Assembly (NCBI GenBank): GCA_963676515.1
Contig: OY781061.1
Location: forward strand, 143,041-207,040
Length of the DNA: 64,000 bases
Source of the DNA: Candidatus Cloacimonadota bacterium
GTDB lineage: Bacteria; Cloacimonadota; Cloacimonadia; G963667145
Direction: 5' to 3'
Under the pieces are notes generated by a model. It saw only the letters and a list, made by a program, of their open reading frames with translations. It had not been told where the DNA came from and made no database searches. A program made the position numbers and the translations under genes. The first letter of the stretch is position 1; the number at the start of each line of letters is the position of its first letter. This document shows, piece by piece, positions 45,108-54,115 of the stretch.

Positions 45108-46205
45108 CTAATCGGCAAAGCAAATGCCCACTCCTCTGGCTGTCTTGACCATATCGGACTTCTCATCAACCAAATTATAAGTAGCAATAGCTTTGCTCAG
45201 GCAAACCGACTCTATCCTCTTGTGATTGACGACCACCATTTTTCCGTACTCTTTGTCCAGCACCATTTGAAATGCTTTCACACCAAATTGAGCGGCAAGA
45301 TTGCGATCAAAGGGGTTTGGTCTGCCGCCTCGCTGCAAATGTCCCAAAACTGATGTCCGTATGTCTGCCAATATCTCTGGGTCGGCTCTTAACTCTTTTT
45401 CTAATTGCAAACCAATACCGCCCAAAACATGCGACATATGCCCTACTTCCTGGCTTTTACTGCCGACGGAACTTCCACCTTTTTCTTTCGCTCCCTCGGC
45501 TACCACCAATATCAAAAATCCTTTCTCCAAAAGCCTTTTCTTTACCTTCGCTTTGAGAATCGCCATATCATAGGGAATCTCAGGGATGATGCAAATCTCT
45601 GCTCCAGCAGCCAAGGAGCTGTGCAACGCTATCCAGCCAGCGTCTCTACCCATTACCTCCAAGATAAGCACTCTGTGGTGCGATGCTGCGGTCGTGACCA
45701 ACTTGTCGATAGCGTCCGTGGCTACATCGACAGCTGTGGAGAATCCAAAGGTGAAGTCTGTGCAAGAGAGGTCGTTGTCGATAGTTTTGGGTACTCCGAC
45801 TATATTTAGCCCTTTCTCAAAAAGTTTTTGGCTGATCGCCTGCGAACCGTCTCCTCCGATGCTGATTACCGCAGTGAACCCTGCTTCTGTTAGCTCTCTT
45901 ATCATTAGGTCAGATCTGTCTTCCAGTACTGTCTTCCCTTGGCTATCTGTCACAGGGAAAGCAAAAGGGCCGCCTTTGTTCGTCGTGCCCAAGATAGTAC
46001 CGCCCTGCACATGAATGCCAGAGACTACCTCTTTATCGAGCCTTATCAGTCGCCATGGCTGCTGCAACACCCCGTTGAAGGCGTCCACACTGCCCCATAT
46101 CTCCCAATCATCTTCTCGACTGGCTCTTTTCACTATGGCTCTTATTACAGCGTTGAGTCCGGGACAATCTCCTCCCCCGGTTGCTATTAAACATTTTTTC
46201 TTCAT
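45108..46205 (-). CDS. pfkA: 6-phosphofructokinase (PfkA family; GGDGS / PKTIDND type)
   Basis: 365 aa. Motifs are TGGGDCPGLN, IGGDGS, GVPKTIDNDL and MGRDAGW. Phosphoryl-donor specificity cannot be decided by eye, because the Gly104/Lys124-type residues are mixed. Confidence 0.85.
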   Translation of the reverse strand: MKKKCLIATGGGDCPGLNAVIRAIVKRASREDDWEIWGSVDAFNGVLQQPWRLIRLDKEVVSGIHVQGGTILGTTNKGGPFAFPVTDSQGKTVLEDRSDLMIRELTEAGFTAVISIGGDGSQAISQKLFEKGLNIVGVPKTIDNDLSCTDFTFGFSTAVDVATDAIDKLVTTAASHHRVLILEVMGRDAGWIALHSSLAAGAEICIIPEIPYDMAILKAKVKKRLLEKGFLILVVAEGAKEKGGSSVGSKSQEVGHMSHVLGGIGLQLEKELRADPEILADIRTSVLGHLQRGGRPNPFDRNLAAQFGVKAFQMVLDKEYGKMVVVNHKRIESVCLSKAIATYNLVDEKSDMVKTARGVGICFAD

Positions 46206-46296
46206 CTTAACCTCTTCGTATTTTGGTTTGGACTACAAAAAAAGCTCTTTTCTTATTATGGAAAAAAGCTCTTTTAAATTTAAGACAGACAACGGT

Positions 46297-47499
46297 TTAC
46301 AACTTTTCTACCTTGGGTGCTCTCAAACGATTGGGCAATCTAAATCCAGAACCTACAAGTGGTCGCAAATAGTAGATAAATTCTTGGCTTATGTTGTTAC
46401 CATTTTCGTTGATAAATTCATCGGGCATTGTTCTGGTCTTCCCAGCCACTTCTTTGATGTTTATCAGTTTGTAATCGACAGAATAAAGTCCAGTGCGGCG
46501 AATACTCATAGAGCCATCGACCTTGTGCCATATGGCATACTGCACTGCTCTTTCTGCGATCTCTCTTGCCTCGTTTTGATCCACATCGGATACACAGCCA
46601 GCAAATGACCTCTGTAAATAGCCAAAAGTGTCGGCTCTCACTCTGGAAATATTAGTGCTTTTGCGAACATAGTCTGCCAGCAAATCGCCCAAAGCTCCAC
46701 AGCCGGAGAGTTGCACATTGCCATGTGCATCGCACTCTTGGTGTTTTTGCAGCTTGGTGATAATTTCTTTGCCGTTTTTGTCAACTATACCTTCTGAGAC
46801 AGCGACTACACAACGACCAAATTTTTTGTAAACTTCCATAATATCACCCACGAACTTCCTTTTGTCGAAAGCTCTCTCTGGCAAGTAAATGAGATGCGGA
46901 CCATCGTCGGGATATTTTTTCGCCAGACAAGAGGCTGCCGTGAGCCAGCCCGCGTGGCGACCCATTACTACACCGATATACACCCCTGGCAAAGCTCTAT
47001 TGTCCAGATTTGCCCCCATAAAAGCCTGAGCCACGAATCTGGCTGCCGATCCATATCCCGGAGTGTGGTCATTAGCCACCAAGTCGTTATCAACCGTCTT
47101 GGGAATGTGGATAGCTCGAAAGGCATAATTGTCTTTTTTTGCTTCGTCTTTGACAATGCGGACTGTATCGGATGAGTCGTTGCCACCTATATAGAAAAAA
47201 TAGCGGATATCATATTTTTTGAGCACCGCAAAAATTCTTTTACAATAGGCGGCATCAGGCTTGATTCTTGTAGATTTGAGGGCTGAAGACGGTGTAAGAG
47301 CTACCTGCTCCAGATTGTGAGTGGTTTCTTGTGTAAGATCCAAGAAATTCTCCTCAACTATTCCTTCCAAACCGTTGAGAGCACCATACACTCTTGTTAC
47401 CTGCCGAAATTTCCTAGATTCTAATACCACCCCCACAAGAGACTGATTTATCACAGCTGTAGGACCTCCACCCTGTGCTACTAAAACTTTACCTTCCAT
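46297..47499 (-). CDS. Phosphofructokinase paralogue (divergent group; PPi- or ATP-dependent)
   Basis: 400 aa. Motifs are QGGGPTAVIN, IGGNDS, IPKTVDNDL and MGRHAGW. Confidence 0.8.
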   Translation of the reverse strand: MEGKVLVAQGGGPTAVINQSLVGVVLESRKFRQVTRVYGALNGLEGIVEENFLDLTQETTHNLEQVALTPSSALKSTRIKPDAAYCKRIFAVLKKYDIRYFFYIGGNDSSDTVRIVKDEAKKDNYAFRAIHIPKTVDNDLVANDHTPGYGSAARFVAQAFMGANLDNRALPGVYIGVVMGRHAGWLTAASCLAKKYPDDGPHLIYLPERAFDKRKFVGDIMEVYKKFGRCVVAVSEGIVDKNGKEIITKLQKHQECDAHGNVQLSGCGALGDLLADYVRKSTNISRVRADTFGYLQRSFAGCVSDVDQNEAREIAERAVQYAIWHKVDGSMSIRRTGLYSVDYKLINIKEVAGKTRTMPDEFINENGNNISQEFIYYLRPLVGSGFRLPNRLRAPKVEKL

Positions 47500-47587
47500 T
47501 ATAATATCTCCTTATTTCGTTGTAATGAACTCTGTCCCAAACAGCTTAGTGTCAAGCTATAAATAGCTAAAAATTCCCTTGTATAAG

Positions 47588-49576
47588 TTAAAAATCCCAA
47601 GTAAGCTCTTCTTTCTTTAGATAAGGTTTGTCTGTGTCCAAACCTTGCCAATAAGTAGGTGAGAGCTCCATTTTCTCCCAAAGCTCTTGGTAAGAAATCG
47701 CAGCCTCTCCATCATAACCCAAAGAGTCTTGAGTGCTAAATGTAGCAGTGAAATCTCCTTTGTAGTAGCAATCGGCAAAATGATCTGCAGAAACACCCTG
47801 CACATTACCGACAATCCAGCCAGCTCTACCACCCTTGGGATAATCGAAAGAATGAGCAGAGATTCGGTCATTTTCTGTCTGTGCATCGACAAAATTACTC
47901 GCCATAAAAGGAGGATTATCTATCGTCATCGAACCCATTATTCCACCTACATTGGCAAAATTTGAAGAGAGGGGTCTGCCTTGCAAAAACAAACCTCTTA
48001 CTATATTGTGTTCTATCTTGGATGCGCCGATAGAACATCCTATCAAGCCTCCTATATCCACTGTATTCGCTGAACTCAATGAAAAAAAAGTACCGCTTAC
48101 CAAGCAATTTTTTATCTCTATTCCTTTATTTTGCAACTCCCCCACCAATGTTCCAGCAGAAAAAGAAATTGTAGAGTTGTTAAAAAAATACCCTCCATTA
48201 AAATTCCTAACCGCTGTCCTAACTATATGATTTTTAGCATTGCCTATCACTCCTATCGAGCCAAAGGGATTATTTACTCTCACACCAGCTATTTCGTGTC
48301 CCATTCCATCAAAAGGGCAATAGTTACATTCCACAAGGCAGTTTTCGGTGTTACCTTTTTCAGCAGCGTTTATGTCTATTCCCCACATTTTGTTTTCTTG
48401 TAAATCACTTGATATCAACTGAATATCTGTTCCCAACTGCAATGTGTCTTTCCCATACATTTTTCCATCATTCACCATTTTCGTAAACATTAAAGCTGTG
48501 CCAATTTTGGTCACTGGATTGCCTTCGCTATAATCTTTTTGGTCGTGTTCAAACCCTCTACGGGTAATAAGATTCTTTGTGTTAATCTTACTATTTATGA
48601 GTCTCGGATATTTGCTCTCTGCAGGAAAATCCCAGAAATTAAAGTTAAATTCACTAATAAGAGCCCAAAAATTAAAATCGGAACAAATCGGAGAAACTTG
48701 GGAATTGCAATCTCCCACAAAAAAATTTCCTCCATGCTTGGCAGTCGTTGTACAGTCTCCCGTGCCTATATAGCTTTCCTCGGCTGTCCAGTTAGGATAA
48801 TATTTGTAATAATAAGAGTTACTTCGCTTGCTCCAAAGTGCAAAACCTACCTCTCCCCACCCGTAGTTTCTCTTCAAGATCCCCTCACCACCTGCTATCC
48901 TTCCTACATTACCATTTTTAGTTGGTGAAGTATGCAAATAAAACAAATCCATCATCACCACGCAGTTGCTCACCATATGATCAACGCAGTTTTTGCCTAC
49001 TATTCCTCCCAAATAGACCGAAGGGTCTTCGCTAATAGAAACCAAAGTGTCGTTTACGACTAAACAGTTTTCAATATTCCCCAAATTCGCACCAGCTATT
49101 ACACCCACAAGATTTTTGCCTTGCACCTTGGAATCTGCTACCATACAGTTACTGATAATGCTACCCGAAAGCACAGTCCCCGTCAAGACACCCACATTGT
49201 TCCCCATAGAGCTAACTCTAACATTTTGCAAAGCCAGATTCCTAATACTCCCATCTAAATCCTCAAAAACCCCTGCTCCGCCGTCTTCAACATTAATTTG
49301 AAAATTGGACAGTGTGAAACATCCTCCCTCAAAAGAACCTCTAAAATTTTTAAAAGGCAAAAGAGATTCACCTTCTAAATCTATATTATTCCCTAAAATT
49401 ATCCTCCAGACCAAATCTTCGTTCTGCAACCTCCGATTAGTATTGAACCATCCTAAAAACTGCTCTTTTGAATTTATAAGAAGAATAGAATCTTTTTGTA
49501 CCGCCATAAGAGAGCAATTCAATCCCCCAACCAACACACTAAAAATTAAGAATTTTTTTAAGCTTAAAATTTTCAT
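47588..49576 (-). CDS. Secreted GLUG-motif repeat protein
   Basis: 662 aa with a signal peptide. G-[VIL]-[VIL]-[GAT]-G type units recur, for example NVGVLTGTVLSGSIISNC, NLVGVIAGANLGNIENC, LGGIVGKNC, VGRIAGG, IGGLIGCSIG, VGGIMGS and AGWIVGN. Confidence 0.55.
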   Translation of the reverse strand: MKILSLKKFLIFSVLVGGLNCSLMAVQKDSILLINSKEQFLGWFNTNRRLQNEDLVWRIILGNNIDLEGESLLPFKNFRGSFEGGCFTLSNFQINVEDGGAGVFEDLDGSIRNLALQNVRVSSMGNNVGVLTGTVLSGSIISNCMVADSKVQGKNLVGVIAGANLGNIENCLVVNDTLVSISEDPSVYLGGIVGKNCVDHMVSNCVVMMDLFYLHTSPTKNGNVGRIAGGEGILKRNYGWGEVGFALWSKRSNSYYYKYYPNWTAEESYIGTGDCTTTAKHGGNFFVGDCNSQVSPICSDFNFWALISEFNFNFWDFPAESKYPRLINSKINTKNLITRRGFEHDQKDYSEGNPVTKIGTALMFTKMVNDGKMYGKDTLQLGTDIQLISSDLQENKMWGIDINAAEKGNTENCLVECNYCPFDGMGHEIAGVRVNNPFGSIGVIGNAKNHIVRTAVRNFNGGYFFNNSTISFSAGTLVGELQNKGIEIKNCLVSGTFFSLSSANTVDIGGLIGCSIGASKIEHNIVRGLFLQGRPLSSNFANVGGIMGSMTIDNPPFMASNFVDAQTENDRISAHSFDYPKGGRAGWIVGNVQGVSADHFADCYYKGDFTATFSTQDSLGYDGEAAISYQELWEKMELSPTYWQGLDTDKPYLKKEELTWDF

Positions 49577-49787
49577 CTATATCTTGTCACCTTTCCCTAC
49601 TTTCTTTCTCTTTTTCATTTTCACGAAAAGCAAATTTACAAAAAATAATGTCAATGATTTTCTCTTGGTAAAAATTTTACCTTGCTTAACTTCGCAGCTG
49701 ATTATCAATATTACCCCTTTTTAAATCTCCACCGAAATAAACATTGACACAGCAATCTATTTCGTATGCATTGCTTAATATTTAATT

Positions 49788-50372
49788 ATGAAAAATAAAC
49801 TTTTAATTTTTTTGGAAAAACATTTGGGAGCTTGGCTACTGAGGATTCTGCTCTCAACCTGCAAAAAAACACAGTACAATCTGCCCACCGATAACAAGAT
49901 GAAAATTTTTGTGTCATGGCACTGCAATCTCCTAGCTTTTACATATATGCACAGAAATGAAGATAAAGTAGCGTTGGTGTCTGCATCCAAAGATGGTCAA
50001 CTGATAGCAGGACCGTTAGAAGTTCTAGGCTTCCACACCATAAGAGGTTCTTCCAGCCGAAACAGCGTGCTAGCACTCAGGAGTCTGCTCAAAACCGACA
50101 AATCTATGGCTATCACCGTCGATGGTCCCAAAGGTCCTCCCTTTAAATGCAAGCCTGGCATACTATATCTGGCACAAAAAAGGAAACTCCCTATTATCTG
50201 TTGCAGTGCGTGGTTCAGTTCCACTTGGCAGATACCCTCGTGGGACAAACTCAGAATCCCTAAACCTTTCAGTAGAATTAGCTTAAAATACCATCCCGCT
50301 ATCCTCATCGGCAAAGATGAAGACATAGAAAAAAAATCAAAGCTGGTCGAAGATAAACTTAACCAAATTTAA
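49788..50372 (+). CDS. DUF374-domain protein (lysophospholipid-acyltransferase-like, LPS-associated)
   Basis: 194 aa. Blocks recalled from DUF374 are VSASKDGQLIAGPLEVLGFHTIRGSSSR and ITVDGPKGP. Confidence 0.6.
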   Translation: MKNKLLIFLEKHLGAWLLRILLSTCKKTQYNLPTDNKMKIFVSWHCNLLAFTYMHRNEDKVALVSASKDGQLIAGPLEVLGFHTIRGSSSRNSVLALRSLLKTDKSMAITVDGPKGPPFKCKPGILYLAQKRKLPIICCSAWFSSTWQIPSWDKLRIPKPFSRISLKYHPAILIGKDEDIEKKSKLVEDKLNQI

Positions 50373-50381
50373 AATAAAAAG

Positions 50382-52640
50382 CTATTCTTCACTCTGGCTT
50401 TGTTCGCGGAAACCATCTTTTTTGACTTGCTCTATTTTGTCTTTTAGTCGCAATAAGAAAGGCAAATCTCCGTTGGCTGGTCGATACTCTTTCAATTCCC
50501 TTTCAAAAATAAAATAAAAGTATGCTGGCAAATTTTCTCCTATAAGTGTGTAAAATTCGAGTTGCGACATCTTGGCGTAGTGCTCACTGCCTGTCTTGAA
50601 ATCGTAAAGAGCCCCAGAAGACAAATAATCTAATCTTCCTTTAAGGTTTACCTCATAATCAGTAAAACTCTTTTGCAAACTTTTCTCACACTCGCCCTGA
50701 GTTCCAGCGTAATTCTTTTTGAAATATTTTGCACTCGCTTTTATTTTTCCCATCACATACTTTTCGAAATACATTTTGTGATAGTTGTCGGGTAATTTAT
50801 CTTGATAATCTTGCAAAACTTCTGACGCAATTTTTTCTAAATCCACAAACTCTTCCGACTGCAAGTAATTTTGGAAAATCTTATGTGCTATCTCCCCGAC
50901 CAAACTTGGCTCGATACTCCTAGCTGGTGGTTGAAACTCCCTGATGCCAAGGATAGCTTGCAAATAGTAGCGTTCTGCGTCTTCCAAAAAACAAGCCGCT
51001 TGGCTATATGAAAAATCTTGCAGAGATTGTCCACTGTAAGGAAAGAAAAAATCTCCCTCTTTTCTAGGTTTGTAAGTTTGCTCTCCAGCCAAAAATAACA
51101 ATAGCAACTCGCGTAAGTCTAACCTCGAAAACTTCTGCAAGGTTACATCTACAGAAAAATGCAACAACTCGTCCACCAAAGAAGCTCTTTGCACATTTTC
51201 TTCTAAATTCTCATATGTGTAAATCTCCACCTGCTTCGAAGATAAAAGAAGCGAATAGAAAGAAAATCTTGCAATATTTTTCTTTTGCTCCTTTGTTATC
51301 AGAGATATCTGCTCTCTTTGCTTTTGACCAAAAAAATCGCTTTCGTTTTCGTCTACATCCAGAAAAGGTTCTGTAGCGTTATAAATCGCCACCTTATTTG
51401 CTGGCTTGAGAGCACTCAAAGATTTGATAGATATTTTGTTTTGGTCTATCGACACCACAGTTTTAGCAAACTCGCTTAAAAAAAACTCCAGAGCTTGAAA
51501 ACTATTTAACCCCAATGTATTAGAAATTTCTTCCAATTCCTCGATTTTAGCAAGGTAAATAGAGTCTGTATCTAGCCCTCTCAGATAATCTAAAAATACC
51601 GCTAAATCTTCGTCCAAACTTCGCAAAAAATTCAAGAAAGAGGTTCTTAGAAGTTCATATCTGGAATTTACAGGGAAAAATTTATAGCGTTTATCTATCC
51701 AAGCCAAAACCAATTCGCTATCTAACAAAATATCTTGCTCAGCTCCCAACCTCCACGGCTGAAGTGAAACCAGACGCAAAAGTTTATCTAAAGGTATCCT
51801 CTGGCTCTTTTGATAATTTTGCAAAAGCTCTTTGAGAGCTTGTAATATTTGGAAGCTCTGTTTATCTTGCAATAAAATGTCGCTGCCAAAAATTCCAAAA
51901 GCCGCTTGCGATTTTTTCCCATAAGCTATCAAATGTCCATCGTTTACTAGTGCCGCATCCATAAATATTTTTTGCTCATATTGCTTTATATTTATTTGAG
52001 GGAACTCTCGCCACTGCAAATCAGAAATGGAAAAATCTGAAAGAGAAAAATTTTCACAATTGTAAATTTCTTGTGGAAAAGAAAATTTTAACTCAATCTC
52101 ACTTTCACTATTTTTCAGCCATTTTTTTTGCTGCGGAGAGAAAGATAAGCAATCGTAAAAAACTATCGGTCTATCATAATCGGATTTGAGAGCATAAGTG
52201 TAGCCTTGCACATGACTATCGGCAAACCCCCAACTATGCATTTTTGCCAGATACTTTTCTCGCTTTTTTAGCATTTTGTTCCATATCTCTTTTTGATTAA
52301 AAACCAAAATTTTTTCTAGCTCAGCAAAGCTAATATTTAAACCGTTTACCTCTTGCCAAAATTTAAGAAAAGATTTCGCTTTTATTTTCGCTAAATGGTA
52401 GTCCAAGTTAGGCACACACGCCTGCCAAAACCCAAGATAACGACACTCAGAAGGAATTGAGCTACCTACAACTTGTTGAAGCAAGCAAGCAAAAAATTGC
52501 TCCTTCGTAAGATAAATGCCAGCAGGCAACTGGCGTGCATCTTGTAAGACCTGTAGACACCTTTTAAGGCTGAAGCTATCGCTAAAAACATAAACTTTAT
52601 CTTCACAAAGATCAAGTGGCGTAATTTTAAAATTAAACAT
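50382..52640 (-). CDS. AddB-like PD-(D/E)XK nuclease-superfamily protein (no helicase motifs)
   Basis: 752 aa. The C-terminal GRLDYL...(x8)...LYDFKTG...QLEFY fits a D...(D/E)xK...Q..xY nuclease core. I found no GxxxxGK[ST] Walker A motif anywhere. Confidence 0.5.
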   Translation of the reverse strand: MFNFKITPLDLCEDKVYVFSDSFSLKRCLQVLQDARQLPAGIYLTKEQFFACLLQQVVGSSIPSECRYLGFWQACVPNLDYHLAKIKAKSFLKFWQEVNGLNISFAELEKILVFNQKEIWNKMLKKREKYLAKMHSWGFADSHVQGYTYALKSDYDRPIVFYDCLSFSPQQKKWLKNSESEIELKFSFPQEIYNCENFSLSDFSISDLQWREFPQINIKQYEQKIFMDAALVNDGHLIAYGKKSQAAFGIFGSDILLQDKQSFQILQALKELLQNYQKSQRIPLDKLLRLVSLQPWRLGAEQDILLDSELVLAWIDKRYKFFPVNSRYELLRTSFLNFLRSLDEDLAVFLDYLRGLDTDSIYLAKIEELEEISNTLGLNSFQALEFFLSEFAKTVVSIDQNKISIKSLSALKPANKVAIYNATEPFLDVDENESDFFGQKQREQISLITKEQKKNIARFSFYSLLLSSKQVEIYTYENLEENVQRASLVDELLHFSVDVTLQKFSRLDLRELLLLFLAGEQTYKPRKEGDFFFPYSGQSLQDFSYSQAACFLEDAERYYLQAILGIREFQPPARSIEPSLVGEIAHKIFQNYLQSEEFVDLEKIASEVLQDYQDKLPDNYHKMYFEKYVMGKIKASAKYFKKNYAGTQGECEKSLQKSFTDYEVNLKGRLDYLSSGALYDFKTGSEHYAKMSQLEFYTLIGENLPAYFYFIFERELKEYRPANGDLPFLLRLKDKIEQVKKDGFREQSQSEE

Positions 52641-52671
52641 AAAATTTATTTCTCTTAAGAATTTCCTTAAC

Positions 52672-52705
52672 TAAAAAAACGGAGACTTAAAAAAGCCTCC
52701 GTTTA
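52672..52705 (-). terminator. Intrinsic terminator after the BMP lipoprotein gene
   Basis: The minus strand reads AAACGGAGGC-uuuuuuaagu-CUCCGUUU followed by a U run. Confidence 0.7.
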
Positions 52706-52721
52706 AATACCGAATCAGCAA

Positions 52722-53795
52722 TTACTTACTATTACCAACTATGTTATCTACAAGCCAGTTCATACTCAAAAGTTCTTGTGGGACCATTTCTTGACCCTTC
52801 TTAACTCTCAGTTTGCCATCTCTATCATAGATAGGACCTTTAAAGATTTTATAATCTCCAGCAACAATTTTTTTCTTCATAGCCAACACTTTCTTTTGAA
52901 CCTTTTTAGGTACATTTTTGGTGAATGGAGTAAGTCCAGCCACGCCAGTACCGATGCCAGGCCAAAAGTCTGTAGGACCTTGAGCTTTCCAAGTTCCATT
53001 ATGCACAGCTTCAGCTACCATATTATAGATTACACCCCAATGCCAAACAACTGAAGTAAGACTTTTTGTAGGAGCATAAGCACTCATATCGTTGTCATGA
53101 CCGATAGCCCATACACCAGCTTTTTCAGCAGCTTGTTGAGGAGCAGGAGAGTCACCACCTTGAGTAATAACATCACAACCTTGCTCTATCATAGACTTAG
53201 CAGCATCCATCTCTTTAGCTGGATCGAACCAAGAACCAACCCAAACTACTTGTACTTTAGCTTTTTTGTTCACATACTTTACACCCAAAGAAAAGGCGTC
53301 TACAAGACGGTAAATTTCAGGAATAGCAATAGGAGCTACATAACCGATTTTATTAGACTCTGTCATCATGCCAGCAACCATACCACCCAAGAACTTAGCT
53401 TGGTAGATTTTACCGTAATATGTTCCCATATTATCAGCAGTCTTGTAACCTGAACAATGCATAAACACTACATCAGGATTAGCTTTAGCAACTTTCAAAG
53501 TTTGGTCCATATAACCAAAAGAACTAGTAAAAATAAGGTTACATTTTCCCAACTTTACCATTTGGTTTAACACTTTCTCAGCCTCAGAACTTTCTGGAAC
53601 TTCTTCTTTCTTCATGATGTTCTTTACATAAGACAAATCACGCAAAGATTCAATACCATCATCATGGGCTTGTGTCCATCCTCCGTCACGGGCGGGTCCT
53701 ATGTAAACAGCTCCCACTCTCAGGTCTTTTGCCATAAGATTAACTCCCAGGCACAACATTGTTGCGATTGCAAAAAGTAATTTTGCTTTTCTCAT
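52722..53795 (-). CDS. BMP-family (PnrA/Med-like) ABC substrate-binding lipoprotein, nucleoside type
   Basis: 357 aa with a signal peptide. It shows the Bmp-family layout and sits beside a two-NBD ATPase and two permeases, as in nucleoside uptake systems. Confidence 0.8.
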   Translation of the reverse strand: MRKAKLLFAIATMLCLGVNLMAKDLRVGAVYIGPARDGGWTQAHDDGIESLRDLSYVKNIMKKEEVPESSEAEKVLNQMVKLGKCNLIFTSSFGYMDQTLKVAKANPDVVFMHCSGYKTADNMGTYYGKIYQAKFLGGMVAGMMTESNKIGYVAPIAIPEIYRLVDAFSLGVKYVNKKAKVQVVWVGSWFDPAKEMDAAKSMIEQGCDVITQGGDSPAPQQAAEKAGVWAIGHDNDMSAYAPTKSLTSVVWHWGVIYNMVAEAVHNGTWKAQGPTDFWPGIGTGVAGLTPFTKNVPKKVQKKVLAMKKKIVAGDYKIFKGPIYDRDGKLRVKKGQEMVPQELLSMNWLVDNIVGNSK

Positions 53796-54115
53796 CTCTC
53801 ACTCCTTTATTTTTTAAATGTGATTTTCAATGATTGCCAACTGTTAAAACAATCTTTTTTAGTGTCAAATCTTTTTTACTTAAATAAATTTAGAAAACAT
53901 TCTTATACAGTCCTATATCTCCAAATTTCAATATTTTAACTGTAAAAAGATTTCACAAAAAATAACTGGTTTTTTAAGCTTTCTTTGCTTTTTTAGGTGT
54001 CCATAAAAGACGAATTTCATAAAAACAAAAAATTCTCTTGCCACGAATATTGTCGCAAGTTTCTATGGCAAAAATTTTATTCAATGGATTTTGGATAAAA
54101 AATCAAGGAGGCAAT

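Noticed and set aside
54036-54115. Partial resemblance to a purine riboswitch upstream of the nucleoside-type ABC operon. A hairpin UUGCCAC-GAAUAU-GUCGCAA is followed by GUUUCUAU, which matches the conserved J2/3 core (..CGCAAGUUUCUA..) of the xpt guanine riboswitch.
   Set aside because: I could not build P1 or a convincing P3. The loops lack the G-G / C-C kissing nucleotides, and the putative P3 is an all-A/U stem. A 12-nt match can be chance in AT-rich DNA. An Infernal scan (RF00167) would still be worthwhile.
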